From Hypanus sabinus (Eukaryota), in assembly GCF_030144855.1 (NCBI RefSeq), contig NC_082708.1, positions 46,686,001 to 46,750,000 of the forward strand: 64,000 nucleotides of DNA, written 5' to 3'. The notes under the pieces are model-generated. The model was not told the origin of the DNA. It did no database searches and worked only from the letters and a program-made list of their open reading frames with translations. Shown here one piece after another: positions 40,391 to 51,497 of this stretch (position 1 is the stretch's first letter; every line of letters begins with the position of its first letter). Position numbers and translations under genes: made by a program.

Positions 40391-40952
40391 CAATACCTTC
40401 GCCTGATGGGTTCTGTGTACCTGACAATGGGTGTGTATGGACCTGAATACTTTTGACTTCGAAGTGGAGAACAGTTATTCCAGTTTTGTGCCTTTCATAC
40501 TTCGGGCTTAGTTTTGTTCCTTAAGTCAAGAATAGTGTTTAACTTCACAAGGGCACAGCCAGCTGGGGATCCAATGAATGGAAATCTAACCTACTGGGAC
40601 AGCTGTTCCCAACAAAATTACCAATTATTTTCATACATCCTACTGAAAGTAATCCTCATCACGATGAGTGGGAAGTGTAATGCCAGTTGGAGGATCTACT
40701 ATTTAGTATCCTTCCTTAAGCACACACAGCAGTTTCAAGCTGAAGTTATGTGCACTTTTTTTCTGAATGACGAATATCACACCAGCAGCAAGTACTCCAA
40801 AATATTCTTCAAATTCTGTGACCTATTTGGGTTAGGATACAACTAAATTGGAGCTACCAGTAGTGAATTTCAGAACAGCTAATTTCCAGTTATGAAAAAT
40901 ATAATTGCAACTAACAGTATAACAAAATCAAATAGAGAAACAAATACTGTCA

Positions 40953-41128
40953 CAAACATAAGGGAATCTGCAGATGCTGGAAATCCAAGGTAACATGCTT
41001 AAAATGCTGGAGGAATTCAGCAGGTCAGGCAGCAACTATGGAGAGGAGTAATAACTCTTCATGAAATGTCAACTCTTTATTCTTCTGTATCGATGCTGCC
41101 TGACCTCCAGCATTTTATGTGTGTTATT
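40953..41128. mobile_element. Penelope-derived inverted short element
   Basis: aaaatgctggaggaattcagcaggtcaggcagca ... tgctgcctgacctccagcatttt. Confidence 0.7.
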
Positions 41129-41824
41129 CAGTTGTCATAAACTAGGGGGTGAATCATTATGAATAGAGTCTTCGTTTTGTATTAGTTCAAGCTTACTGTC
41201 CTCATCTGTTAGCTGGGCTGCACAGCTCGGTGTGGGTTTACCCTGGGTAGATCCTCCTCACCTCAGCTGCAGCCAGATAGGGAACTGTTCCTTAGGGGGT
41301 GGGGGGGACTTCCCTTAATGTCACATCACTCATCGTGTCAAGTCATGCACAGGAGGCATTATGGAAGCGAGATGTCACTTTCATCGATGTGCAGGGTAAA
41401 CATGTAAGCTGTTCTGGTTTGTATACCTTACCACATGCACCACGTGTCACAAAGGTGTCTGTGGATTTTCTAGGAGTGCTCATTCTTTGCTTTTCTGATG
41501 GTATGAGAGAGTGTGGCTTTTGTTGACTTTAGAGTCATCCTATCCCCCTCCCCCACTGCGCCCAAGCTGAAGGCAGCATCATGATCCCTAGGCAATGAGC
41601 CCCTGCGGTCAGCCATGGTTTCTGGTTCGGTGTTTAATCTGCCAGGCCAAACCAGAAGTTTAACCTTCAACTCATATAAAAGTGTACTTAAACACAAGAG
41701 ATTCTGCACCGGCTCGAAATCCAGAGACATGCTGGAGGAACGGGTCCAAGCAGCATCTACGGAACAGAATAAAGAGCTGATGTTTCGGGGTGAAAGCCTC
41801 CATCAGGGCTGTAAGGGAAGGGGG

Positions 41825-42036
41825 TGTGGTGAACTATGTGCCTGTCGGGACACGCCCCTGCTGACTGCTCCTGTGGCTCCTCCCACAGGCCCCTGTATAA
41901 AGGAGACCTGCGGCCTGAAGCTCGGCCTCAGTCTCCAAGACCTTGTATGATAGACACTCACTCCTGGTTCCTTCTTCCAGTCAATAAAAGCCGATATCTC
42001 GCCTACGTCTCAGTGTGAGTTATTGATGGTGCATCA
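41825..42036 (+). mobile_element. Solo LTR (212 bp), copy 1, within an antisense Penelope terminal repeat
   Basis: TG...CA ends, TATAAA and AATAAA inside, 5-bp TSD ggggg. Confidence 0.85.
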
Positions 42037-43064
42037 GGGGGGAAGGAGCCAGATTAAGAAGGTGGAGGGAGGGGAAGGTGCAAGTTAGAAGTGCGATGTC
42101 GGGAGGTGACAGGGAAAAGGCACAGGGCTGAGGAATGGTATCTGACGGGAGACTAGAATGGACGATGGAAGAAAGGGAAGGAGGAGGGGCACCAGGGAGA
42201 GGTGGTAGGCAGGTGAGGTAAGAGGGGAGTCAGAATGGGGAACATGTACTCTGTACACTGAATATAAAAGTCCATCCAGTTTAATTACATTCAAATATAT
42301 AAAATGGCCAGCAATCCGTATTTTACCATTTTTTCATAGTACATACATCATAATTCTGGTTGACAAACAGTAAAATTACAAGGTTTAAAAGTATCTGTAA
42401 GACATTGTGGAAATGGCTTGAAATTATCACAGTGAAACTCAGCCAAAATGCTGCAAAGTTATGGATTATAGAGTGTGTTAAATTAAAAATTCAGAGGAGG
42501 ACAAAACACATTCAGCACCGTATACTTCAACGGTTTCTGATTCCTAGCTAATGACATGCTGTTTCAAACTGTTTTACCAGCAAACTATCTGTGGGGACAA
42601 AGGAATTGTCAACACTCCAAGCTGAAACTGTGCATCAAGACTGGTAGTGGAGAGGGATGATATCTAGTTTAAAGAGAAGGAAGGGAGAATTTGAAGGTCT
42701 CTTTTATCAAGAAACTTAGCTTCCCTTCGACGAAAGTTGTTGGAACCATCTCTTGTATCTCCTATGTTTCTCAGACTTCTTCTCTCACCCTACCTCTCCA
42801 CCATCCAGCAAATTAAATAGCCTTTCCAGTTGAGACAAGGATTCATGTGCACCTCCTCCAACGTGAGTACTGCAAACAAGAGAAAATCTGCAGGTGCAGG
42901 AAATTCGATCAACTCAGCAGCCAGGCAGCATCTATGGAAAAAAGTACAGTACAGTCGACGTTTCAAGCCAAAACCCTTCGGCAGGCCGCATCTACTGTTT
43001 ACTGCATTCTGTGCTCCCGATGAGACCTCCTCTAAATCATGAAACCAAGTGAGGTCTGGAGAAA

Positions 43065-44747
43065 CAGAATCAGAATTAGAATCAGGTTTATTATCACCAG
43101 CATGTGATGTGAAATTTGTTAACTTAGCAGCAGCAGTTCAATGCAATACATAACCTAGAAGAGAGAAAATAATAATAAATAAATAAATCATTTACAGTAT
43201 ACATATATTAAATAGATTTAAAATGCAAAAAACAGAAAAATTGTATATTTTTTAAAAAGTGAGCTAGTGTCCCAGGGTTCAATGCCCATTCAGGAATGGG
43301 ATGGCAGAGGGGAAGAAGCTGTTCCTGAATCGCTGAGTGTGTGCCTTTAGGCTTCTGTACCTCCTACCTGATGGTAACAGTGAGAAAAGGGCATGCCCTG
43401 GATGCTGGAGGTCCTTAATAATGGACGCTACCTTTCTGAGACACCGCTCCCTAAAGATGTCCTGGGTACTTTGTAGGCTAGTGCCCAAGATGGAGCTGAT
43501 TAGATTTACAACCCTCTGCAGCTTCTTTTGGTCCTGTGCAGTAGCCCCTCAATACCAGACAGCGATTCAGCCTGTCAGAATGCTCTCTATGGTATAACTA
43601 TAGCAGTTTGTGAGTGTATTTATTGTCATGCCAAATCTTCTTCAAACTCCTAATGAGGTATAGTCACTGTCTTGCCTTCTTTATAGCTACATTGATTTGT
43701 TGGGGCCAGGTTAGATCCTCAGAGATCTTGACACCCAGGAACTTGAAACTGCTCACTGTGGTGAACTACATATACCTGTCTGGACACGCCCCCTGCTGAC
43801 TGCTCCTGTGGCTCCTCCCACAGACCCCTGTATAAAGGTGATTGAGGCCTGAGCCCGGCCTCTCAGTCTCCAGGCTGTAGTATGGTGGTCACTCACTGCT
43901 TGTTCCTTCTTCCAGTCAATAAAAGCCGATATCTCGCCTTTACGTCAGAGTGAGTTATTGATGGTGCATCACTCACTCTCTCCACTTCTGATCCCTCTGA
44001 GGATTGATATGTTCCTTTGTCTTACCCTTCCTGAAGTCCACAATCAGCTCTTTGGTCTTACTGACGTTGAGTGCCAGGTTGTTGCTGCAGCACCACTCCA
44101 CTAGTTGGCATATCTCACTCCTGTCTGCCCTCTCGTCACCACCTGAGATTCTACCACCAATGGTTGTATCATTAGCAAATTTATAGGTGGAATTTGAGCT
44201 TTGCCTAGTTATGTGTATACAGTTATGTGTATACAGAGAGTAGTGCAGTGGGCTAAGCACACATCCCTGAGGTGCACCAGTGTTGATCGTCAGGGAGGAG
44301 AGGATGTTATCACCAATCCGCACAGATTGTGGTCTTCTGGTTAGGAAGCCGAGGATCCAATTGCAGAGGGAGATATAGAGGCCCAGGTTCTGCAACTTCT
44401 CAATCAGGATTGTAGGAATGATGGTATTAAATGCTGAGCTATAGTTGATGAACAGCATCCTGACGTTGCTGTTTGTGTTGTCCAGGTGGTCTAAAGCCAT
44501 GTGGAGAGCCATTGAGATTGCATCTGCTGTTGACCTATTGTGGGAATAGGCAAATTGCAGTGGGTCCAGGTCCTTGCTGAGGCAGGAGTTCAGTCTAGCC
44601 ACAAAGCATTTCATCACTGTTGATGTGAGTGCTATCGGGTGATAGTCATTAAGGCAGCTCACGTTATTCTCCTTAGGCACTGGTATAATTGTTGTGTTTT
44701 CAAAGCAAGTGGGAACTTCCACCCGTAGCAGTGAGAGGTTGAAATAT
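43065..44747 (-). mobile_element. Rex1/Babar LINE, 5'-truncated, with RT
   Basis: ORF 43973..44779 ([37 protein letters not shown]); tail AATAAA + (CTGATT)n on the - strand. Confidence 0.92.
43757..43971 (+). mobile_element. Solo LTR (215 bp), copy 2, inside Rex1
   Basis: TG...CA ends, 5-bp TSD ctcac (43752-43756 and 43972-43976), homologous to 41825-42036. Confidence 0.9.
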
Positions 44748-45564
44748 GACAAGTAGCAAAGCACCTTTGTTCTGTCCACAAGTTACACCGAGCTCCCAAT
44801 TTCATCCATTTCAAATTGCCTCTGCATTCTCATACTGGTCTGCCCGTCCTGTGTCTCCTCCACAGCTAGAGGGAACCCCAATGTAAACTAGAGGAATAAC
44901 TCCTGTTGTCTACAACAGTGAGTTTTCCCAGTTTAGTTTAAAACCCCCTCCCCTGATGCTGATCTTCCTACTTTCTCATCACTTTCTTGTCTCCTTTCCC
45001 ATCTTCATCCCTCTCCCCTTCCTGTTTCAAATCCACCCAACACTCACACACATTCACACTTCGCTCACAGGCTTCCCATGCACATTTAGTTCAGCTTTTG
45101 TCTGCTATTTACATCTCCTCTAATGAGGCCTGCTTTACTTATCAGATTCCAGATTGCCTTTGTCTTCCTGTTAGTCACCCTGAAGCAGCTAAATCCAACA
45201 AACACCACCCCCATCTTCTTCCATCTGCCTCATCTTTTTTATGTCTGCCTTCCCCCCCCCCACCACCCTCATTTCACCAACCACCTCAGGCTCCTGACTC
45301 ACCATGCCCCTTCTCCTCTTTATACTGGGCAACTCCCCTCTCCTTTCTAAAACCCTTCTGAGGAAGGGTTTTGACCTGAAAGTCAACAATTCTACCTCCC
45401 CACAGATGCTGTTCAACCAAATGATTTTCTCCAGCATATTCTTTGTTGCTCTAAATCTCAGTTTCTCGTGTCTGATGTCTCATGTCTTGTCTGAAATTAA
45501 CTAGCAGTGGTCATCTAAATTTATTTTAGTGTAGTGTTCTGTTTCCTTGGAAATGCCAAAGGAG

Positions 45565-45875
45565 TCAGATTCAGTTTATTGTCAATTATAAACCACAAAT
45601 ACAATGCAGTTAAAAAATGAGACAACATTCTCCGGAATGATATCACGAAAAAGCACAAAACAGACCACACAAGAAAAACCACATAACATGAGTGAATCTG
45701 CAGATGCTAGAAATAAGTAAAAACACAGCATGCTGGCAGAACTCAGCAGGCCAGACAGCATCTATGGGAGGAGGTAGTGACGATGTTTTGGGCTGAAACC
45801 CTTCATCAGGAGTGAAGTGAACCACATAACGTTTGGTAATCCCCAATCCAGAGTCCGGAGAGGCTGCTGCGTATC
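45565..45875 (-). mobile_element. 3' fragment of the 24561-26455 family, carrying a hammerhead-element insertion
   Basis: Reverse complement matches 26287-26450. Insert 45688-45819 has an 11-bp TSD aaccacataac. Confidence 0.85.
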
Positions 45876-46709
45876 AATTTCTGTAAGATGGCCTGAAAGT
45901 TTGTCCAACAGTTATGAAAATGGCACCTCTGTTCACTCTCCCACAATACACGGATCACTTGACATATTCTCAAATTATTATATAAACTGCGGGTGCTGAA
46001 CTACCTATTGGTAATTTTAGAAAATTAAGCTCTAACAGCCCCTTAACTGGCCTTCAAGCAAAGTGTTTGTGAATAGTACAAACACTCCAGTCTTTTTCAT
46101 TTGTGATCCATGCTACACTATCTTTTTGTCTTACAATTCATTACATACTTAGAATGGTTCTATCTGAAGTAGCTATTTAGTAGAGATATAGTGTGTAGTT
46201 AGATCATTTCACTGCAACTGGAAACTGTTAAAGATAAAAACCTTTAGAAATTCATTGGTAGTTGATAGTGCTGAATGCACTCAATATTATCAATTACAAG
46301 TTGTGTTCCATTGATTCAATAGCACACTACTAGTAAACAGTGATGAGTGTTGGGGTGTTCAGGGTTATCACTCATAGGAAAGGCTGAGGAAATTGGGAGG
46401 ATAGCAAAGGGAAGAGAGGAAAATATAAGGGAAGGTTTGTACCACTGACAAACACAGGAGAGATTTTTAGCATTAAATTAGCTTAGATTTCAGCATGGAC
46501 AGTGCAAAAGTGACATTGAAAAAAGATATGAGAGATATTATCAGCAAGCGTTCAATGGAATTACAGAGGCACGAGAGGAAAGCTTGCCCAGATGGATTGG
46601 ATTGGAGGATGATACAGGCAGGGATGAGGGCAGAACACAGAGATGGCTGAAGTTCCTGGAGTAGTTCAAAAGGTGCAGAACAGATATGTCCCACAGAAGA
46701 AGTTGTTCT

Positions 46710-48010
46710 CAGATGGGAGGGGTAGGCTACCATGGCGAAAAAGGGAAGTTAAGGACTGTAAAACCCAAGGGAAGGGCATATAAGGTTGCAAAAGTGATCA
46801 TTGGAAAGTTTTTAAAATCCAACCAAAGGCAACTAAGAAAGCTATAAGAAGGGGAAAAAATGAAATAAAGGGCAAACTAGCCAATAATATAAAGCAGGAT
46901 ACTAAAAGTATTTTCAGTTATATAAAGAGTAAAAGGGAGGTGAGAGTTGGTAAATGATGCAGGTATGGTAGTAACTGGGGACAAAGAAATGGCAGATGAA
47001 CTTAATGGGTTCCTTGCATCAGACTTCACTGTGGAAGACACTAGCAATGTGCCAGAGGTCCGTGAGTGTCAGGGAGCAAGAGTGAGTGCCATTGCTATTA
47101 CAAAGGAAAAATTACCAGGCAAACTGAAAGGTCTTAAAGGTGGATAAGTCACCTGGACCAGATGGACTACATCCCAGAGTACTGAAAGAGGTTGCTGAAG
47201 AGATAATGAATGTATTACTCAACTGAGATCTTTCAAGAATCACTTGATTCTGGTATGGTCCTGGAGGACTGGAAGATTATAAATGTCACTCCACTCTTTA
47301 AGAAGGGAGGAAGGCAAATGAAAGGAAATTTTAGGCCAATTAGCCTAACTTCAGTGGTTGGGAAAGTGTTGGAGTCTATTATTAAGGATGAGGTTTCAGG
47401 GTGCTTGTAGACTAATGATAAAATAAGTCAGTCAGAATAGTTTCTGTAAAGGGAAATCTTGCCTGACAAATCTGTTGGTTTTTGAGGAACTAGCAAGCAT
47501 GGTGGACAAAGGAGAGGTAATGGCTGTCATTTACTTGAATTTGCAGAAGACATTCGATAAGGCACCACACGAGATCCTATCACCTTAACAAGAGGAAATC
47601 CTATGGTGTTACAAGAAAGATTCTGGCGTGGATAGAGGAATGGCTGACAGGCGGGAGGCAGTGAGCGGGAATAAAGGGGTTTTTTTTCTGGTCGGCTGCC
47701 ATTTCCTCAGGGATCAGTGTTGGGACCGCTACTTCTCACATCGTTTGTCAATGACTTAGTTCATGGAATTGATGGCTTTTTTGCCAAGTTTGTGGATGAT
47801 ATGAAGACAGGTGGAGGAGTATTGAATCAGAGAGAAGTGAATCCGTGGAATGCTCTGCCAAGACAGAAGTTGATAATTTCCTGACTGGTCAGGGCATCAA
47901 AGGATATGGCAAGAATGTAGGCGTATGGGGTTGAGTGAAATCGGGATCAGACATGATGGTATGGCTGAGAAGATTCAATGGGCTGATTCTGATCCTGCAT
48001 CTTATACTCT
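46710..48010 (+). mobile_element. CR1 ORF2 fragment
   Basis: DWKIINVTPLFKKGGR...NFRPISLTSVVGKVLE, followed by a 3' UTR remnant. Confidence 0.9.
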
Positions 48011-48768
48011 AATGCAGCACACTATTCTGCTGAAACATTCTTCCTGATACACCTATAATTTTGCTGTTAAGATGTATAGAAAGCAGACAGGCCATTGACA
48101 ACTGAGACCAAAACTTAATTCATTCTCAGCTGCTGGGTATGATGTGCAGAGAATATTTTACAGAGAGAAAGGGCAATCCAAAAGAATCAGGTGGTGATAA
48201 TTCTGAGAGTCAATGAGTGGGGAATCAGAGAAAATATATTATATAATCAGAGAGTCATTAAGTGGAGTTTGCAATCTCCTCTCCTTTCTCTCAGATCCCA
48301 CATACAGACCACTGAAAAGTTAGAAAACACTACCTTACACTGCTGGTTAAGATATGGAACTGTCTCAAACAAAAACCATTAATTTGAACAAATTGAACAA
48401 TTGTGATTGATTCCTGTAATTAGTGAAGACTGTTAAGGCGGATGTATCCAAATAGAACGATAATTTCAATGAAATGGATGATGTTATCAAGCTAGGACCA
48501 ACATCGATATTATGTTGCTATTGTTTTAGGATGTTTAGTTACTTTCATATATTAGTTATTTATTATATTGAAATCATTGTTTTAAAAAAGCTTTGCTGGA
48601 AATACAAATGCTCAGTCGTACAAACATTGCAACCCCCCAAGGTATTCAGGACTCTAGGCATTTGACTTCTTATTTGTTTGTCCAGCCAGTGTTATCCTGA
48701 CTGGGTCAACTAAATTGGCATTTTCCAGCGGGGCAATCGCCACATGATACGCAGATTTCTTAAAGTAT

Positions 48769-48836
48769 GTGGCGGAGTCTCGGCTCGCCTTATAAAAGCG
48801 CATTCCCGTGCGCTCTTGGACTGCTGCGTCATTCAG
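48769..48836 (+). promoter_or_regulatory. Connexin promoter and start of non-coding exon 1
   Basis: GC-box-like GTGGCGGAGT (48769-48778), TATAAAAG (48791-48798), CRE-like TGCGTCA, donor CAG|GTAAGC at 48836/48837 and alternative donor GTG|GTGAGT at 48950/48951. Lies at the start of a CpG-retaining region. Beta-connexins typically have non-coding 5' exons and one coding exon. Confidence 0.7.
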
Positions 48837-50271
48837 GTAAGCCGTCACGGGAGTAGGGAGAGAGGACCCGTTTTAAAGTGAGCATTGAAACTAATTTAAT
48901 TTCATTCTTGGATTTCGCGAGAAGGTGCTTACTTTTCTGGACAGGAAGTGGTGAGTTGTTTTTGAAGGGAAATGGGAACTGAGGTTCGACCAGGGAGGGG
49001 TGTGCGAAGTTCCTTCGTGAAGCTGAAGGCGACCAAACCTTTTGAAACTTGCGGCTTTTGCTAGAAATCCGAGCTCCGCCTTCAACAAGTTCACATTGCC
49101 GAAACTTATTCAATATAACGCTAGTTTAAAACTTTTAAACTTTTAATATGTGATTAATTTGAACGGTTCTTAACTCCACTTTATAATTCCTTATCTGATT
49201 TTTCGCGTAAACTACGGAAAGTGGTTGAGAATTTCGCGGTTAAACGTGGGGTGCAGAGTTGGGACTCATTTCCTGTTACATTCTGTCCCAAACTTAGTAT
49301 TGAATTTCCAAATTGGCGAATAACTGTTTAGCTGCTTGTAATAACGCTTAAAGTCTCAGTCTGGATTGTTTTGACGGTTACCTTTAATGTGATTTTAAAT
49401 TTAATTGCGTCGTGTAGTGTTAATGGTAGCTAACATAGCTAATCGACAGTTCATTAACTTATGAATGGCGAGCGTTAATGATGGACGTTAAGATTTTTTT
49501 TGTTACGAGCCTATCGGCTGAAGCACCGGACTTCGTTAATCAGCGCCTCAATAAACGGTTAATTTTAAAAGCTAAACAATCTCCGAATCTTCCCAGACCC
49601 AAGTGCTTGGGGTTTGAGTAAATAAAACTAGTGTTTCTCTGAACAATAGTTCGCTGCCTTAGATACTCGCGGACTTTGACCGGAACGGTATTTTTTCTAC
49701 CTTTGTAACGTCTGAATCAGGATCGACTAACTGCAAAGTAGTGTGGGCAGGTAATACTTCCGGACACTTGTTGTTTCTCTGACTAAACTTAACGAACATA
49801 ACTCGTAAAACTGGACACTCGTTGGTTTGTGCAATGCACTCCAAACGTGTCATTATCTGACCTGGACACGTGCATTCTGGCGAGCTCTTGTTGACTGGCG
49901 CCATCCCCCGACGTGTAAATTTGAACAGTTGTATCTTAAGATGGCTTGTAGGTATAGGATTTTGTTTGATATTGAATGTCTAAAAGACAGAATTGCAAAT
50001 GTGATTTCCATCTCGCAGTAAGTGGGGGTTTGAAACGTATTACGGCTGGCCGTACTGTGAATCTAATTCTCTTCTCAAACAAGACGTTCTTAAGAAGATC
50101 TCTAACGTGTAGTTAGTGAAATCACCTTTGTGTGGGCCATGGAGTAATTGTATTTTTGAGGATGTGAATCTTGAGAGTTAAAGTACTTTTCAAAAGTAAC
50201 TACATTATTTTGATGTCCTTGTAATTTTGATCTTCACCTTGTTCCCTTGTAGGTCTGCCTGAAGCTGGGAG

Positions 50272-51069
50272 ATGAATTGGGGACAACTGCACCTTATCCT
50301 GGGAGGCGTCAACAGATACTCCACCAGCATTGGAAAAATATGGTTGACTGTGATCTTCGTCTTCAGAATCATGATTCTCGTGGTGGCTGCGGAAAGTGTT
50401 TGGGGTGATGAGCAGTCGGACTTCACCTGCAATACCCTCCAGCCTGGCTGTAAGAATGTGTGTTATGATCAGTTCTTCCCAATGTCTCACATCAGGCTTT
50501 GGTGCCTCCAGCTCATCTTCATCTCCACCCCTGCCCTTCTCGTCTCCCTGCACGTCGCCTACAAGCGGAACGAAGAGAAGAGGTCCTTGGAGAAACGGCA
50601 GGGTTTCTTGAAAAAGGAAGAAGTTGATGCCTTGAAAAAACGGAAGATGCGTATAGTGGGTGCTTTTTGGTGGACCTACGTCATCAGCATCTTCTTTCGA
50701 ATAATCTTTGAAACTGTTTTCACGTACATGGTGTATTTTCTGTACGGTGGGTTTTGGATGGCCCGTCTGGTTAAGTGCAGCTCTTGGCCCTGTCCCAACA
50801 CCGTTGACTGCTTTATCTCCAGGCCAACGGAGAAAACGGTCTTCACCATTTTCATGATTGTGGTTTCTGGCATATGTGTGCTTTTAAATGTGGCAGAGTT
50901 GTCTTATTTGATGGTGAAGGCCTGCATAAGGCAGACATGTTGTAAACAACACCCCCGCCATTTGTCCAGGAGGCAAGAGAATGAACAAAATGAGATGAAC
51001 GAACTGATGTGTCAGCAAACAGCCTTGGAGCTGAGCAAATCTCCTTCAGGCACTCACTGCACCAATTAA
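50272..51069 (+). CDS. GJB2: Beta-type gap junction protein (connexin), GJB2/GJB6-like (Cx26/Cx30 co-ortholog), 265 aa
   Basis: Intact ORF with connexin N-terminus [24 protein letters not shown], four hydrophobic segments, extracellular Cys patterns [12 protein letters not shown] and [12 protein letters not shown], and SRPTEKTVF. Acceptor cccttgtag| at 50252/50253, 19 nt before the ATG. CRYL1 synteny and a GJB6-like QNEMNEL tail. Connexin identity is certain; the symbol (GJB2 vs GJB6) is not. Confidence 0.95.
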   Translation: MNWGQLHLILGGVNRYSTSIGKIWLTVIFVFRIMILVVAAESVWGDEQSDFTCNTLQPGCKNVCYDQFFPMSHIRLWCLQLIFISTPALLVSLHVAYKRNEEKRSLEKRQGFLKKEEVDALKKRKMRIVGAFWWTYVISIFFRIIFETVFTYMVYFLYGGFWMARLVKCSSWPCPNTVDCFISRPTEKTVFTIFMIVVSGICVLLNVAELSYLMVKACIRQTCCKQHPRHLSRRQENEQNEMNELMCQQTALELSKSPSGTHCTN

Positions 51070-51439
51070 CCCCGCGCCAGCACCCAGAGACTCAGTGATG
51101 TTCCACTTAATGTTCCATTTGCAAGAGTTCGATATCGCCTTGGTTTTAATTTCTGACTGACACAGAATCTTTTAGTACCAGGAAGGTGCTTAAGCACGTT
51201 TAACAAGTTGAATTCGCGATGCCTTGCAATTACAGTATTAATGTGCAGAGTAGAGAAGCAGAGTCTTATTCTGAACTTGACCGTGTACTAAGCCTAAACT
51301 GTAAACTGTAACCAATATCTCCAAGATGCATTCTAGCAGGTTGTTTTATCTACGGATTTGTAGTGTTCAATGCTGCAAAGTTTCGCGTTCAGTACACCCG
51401 TCAATCATTGAAAAGCTGCGGAGCGTCCTATCCGTGCCA

Positions 51440-51458
51440 CGACCACTAGGGGGCGCGC
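51440..51458 (+). promoter_or_regulatory. CTCF binding motif in the connexin 3' UTR
   Basis: CGACCACTAGGGGGCGCGC; the core CCACTAGGGGGCGC closely matches the CTCF consensus. Confidence 0.75.
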
Positions 51459-51491
51459 GCTCCTAGGACTTGGCGAATCCAAGCTTTGAAC

Positions 51492-51497
51492 AATAAA
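51492..51497 (+). terminator. Connexin poly(A) signal AATAAA (alternative at 51878-51883)
   Basis: Canonical hexamer about 420 bp after the stop, with T/GT-rich sequence downstream. Confidence 0.55.

Larger units (their letters stand above)
42790..45480 (+). mobile_element. Penelope-like element (GIY-YIG end plus terminal repeat), interrupted by Rex1
   Basis: Endonuclease remnants at 42790-43060 and 44750-44940, pyrimidine-rich tract, then hammerhead-like CTGAGGA...GAAAGTC near 45358-45385. Confidence 0.6.

Noticed and set aside
41825-43971. Two similar LTRs 1.7 kb apart as one LTR retrotransposon
   Set aside because: Each has its own 5-bp TSD (ggggg, ctcac), they are visibly diverged, and the interval is Penelope/Rex1 sequence with no gag or pol.
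43973-44779. 268-aa RT ORF as a functional or domesticated gene
   Set aside because: 5'-truncated Rex1 copy; the catalytic motif is mutated (FAND for FADD) and a solo LTR interrupts it.
50200-50873. Antisense and alternative-frame ORFs overlapping the connexin
   Set aside because: Short shadow ORFs with no recognisable domain or independent signals.
51055-51069. CAAX prenylation motif at the connexin C-terminus
   Set aside because: The protein ends HCTN, so the Cys is third from the end rather than fourth.
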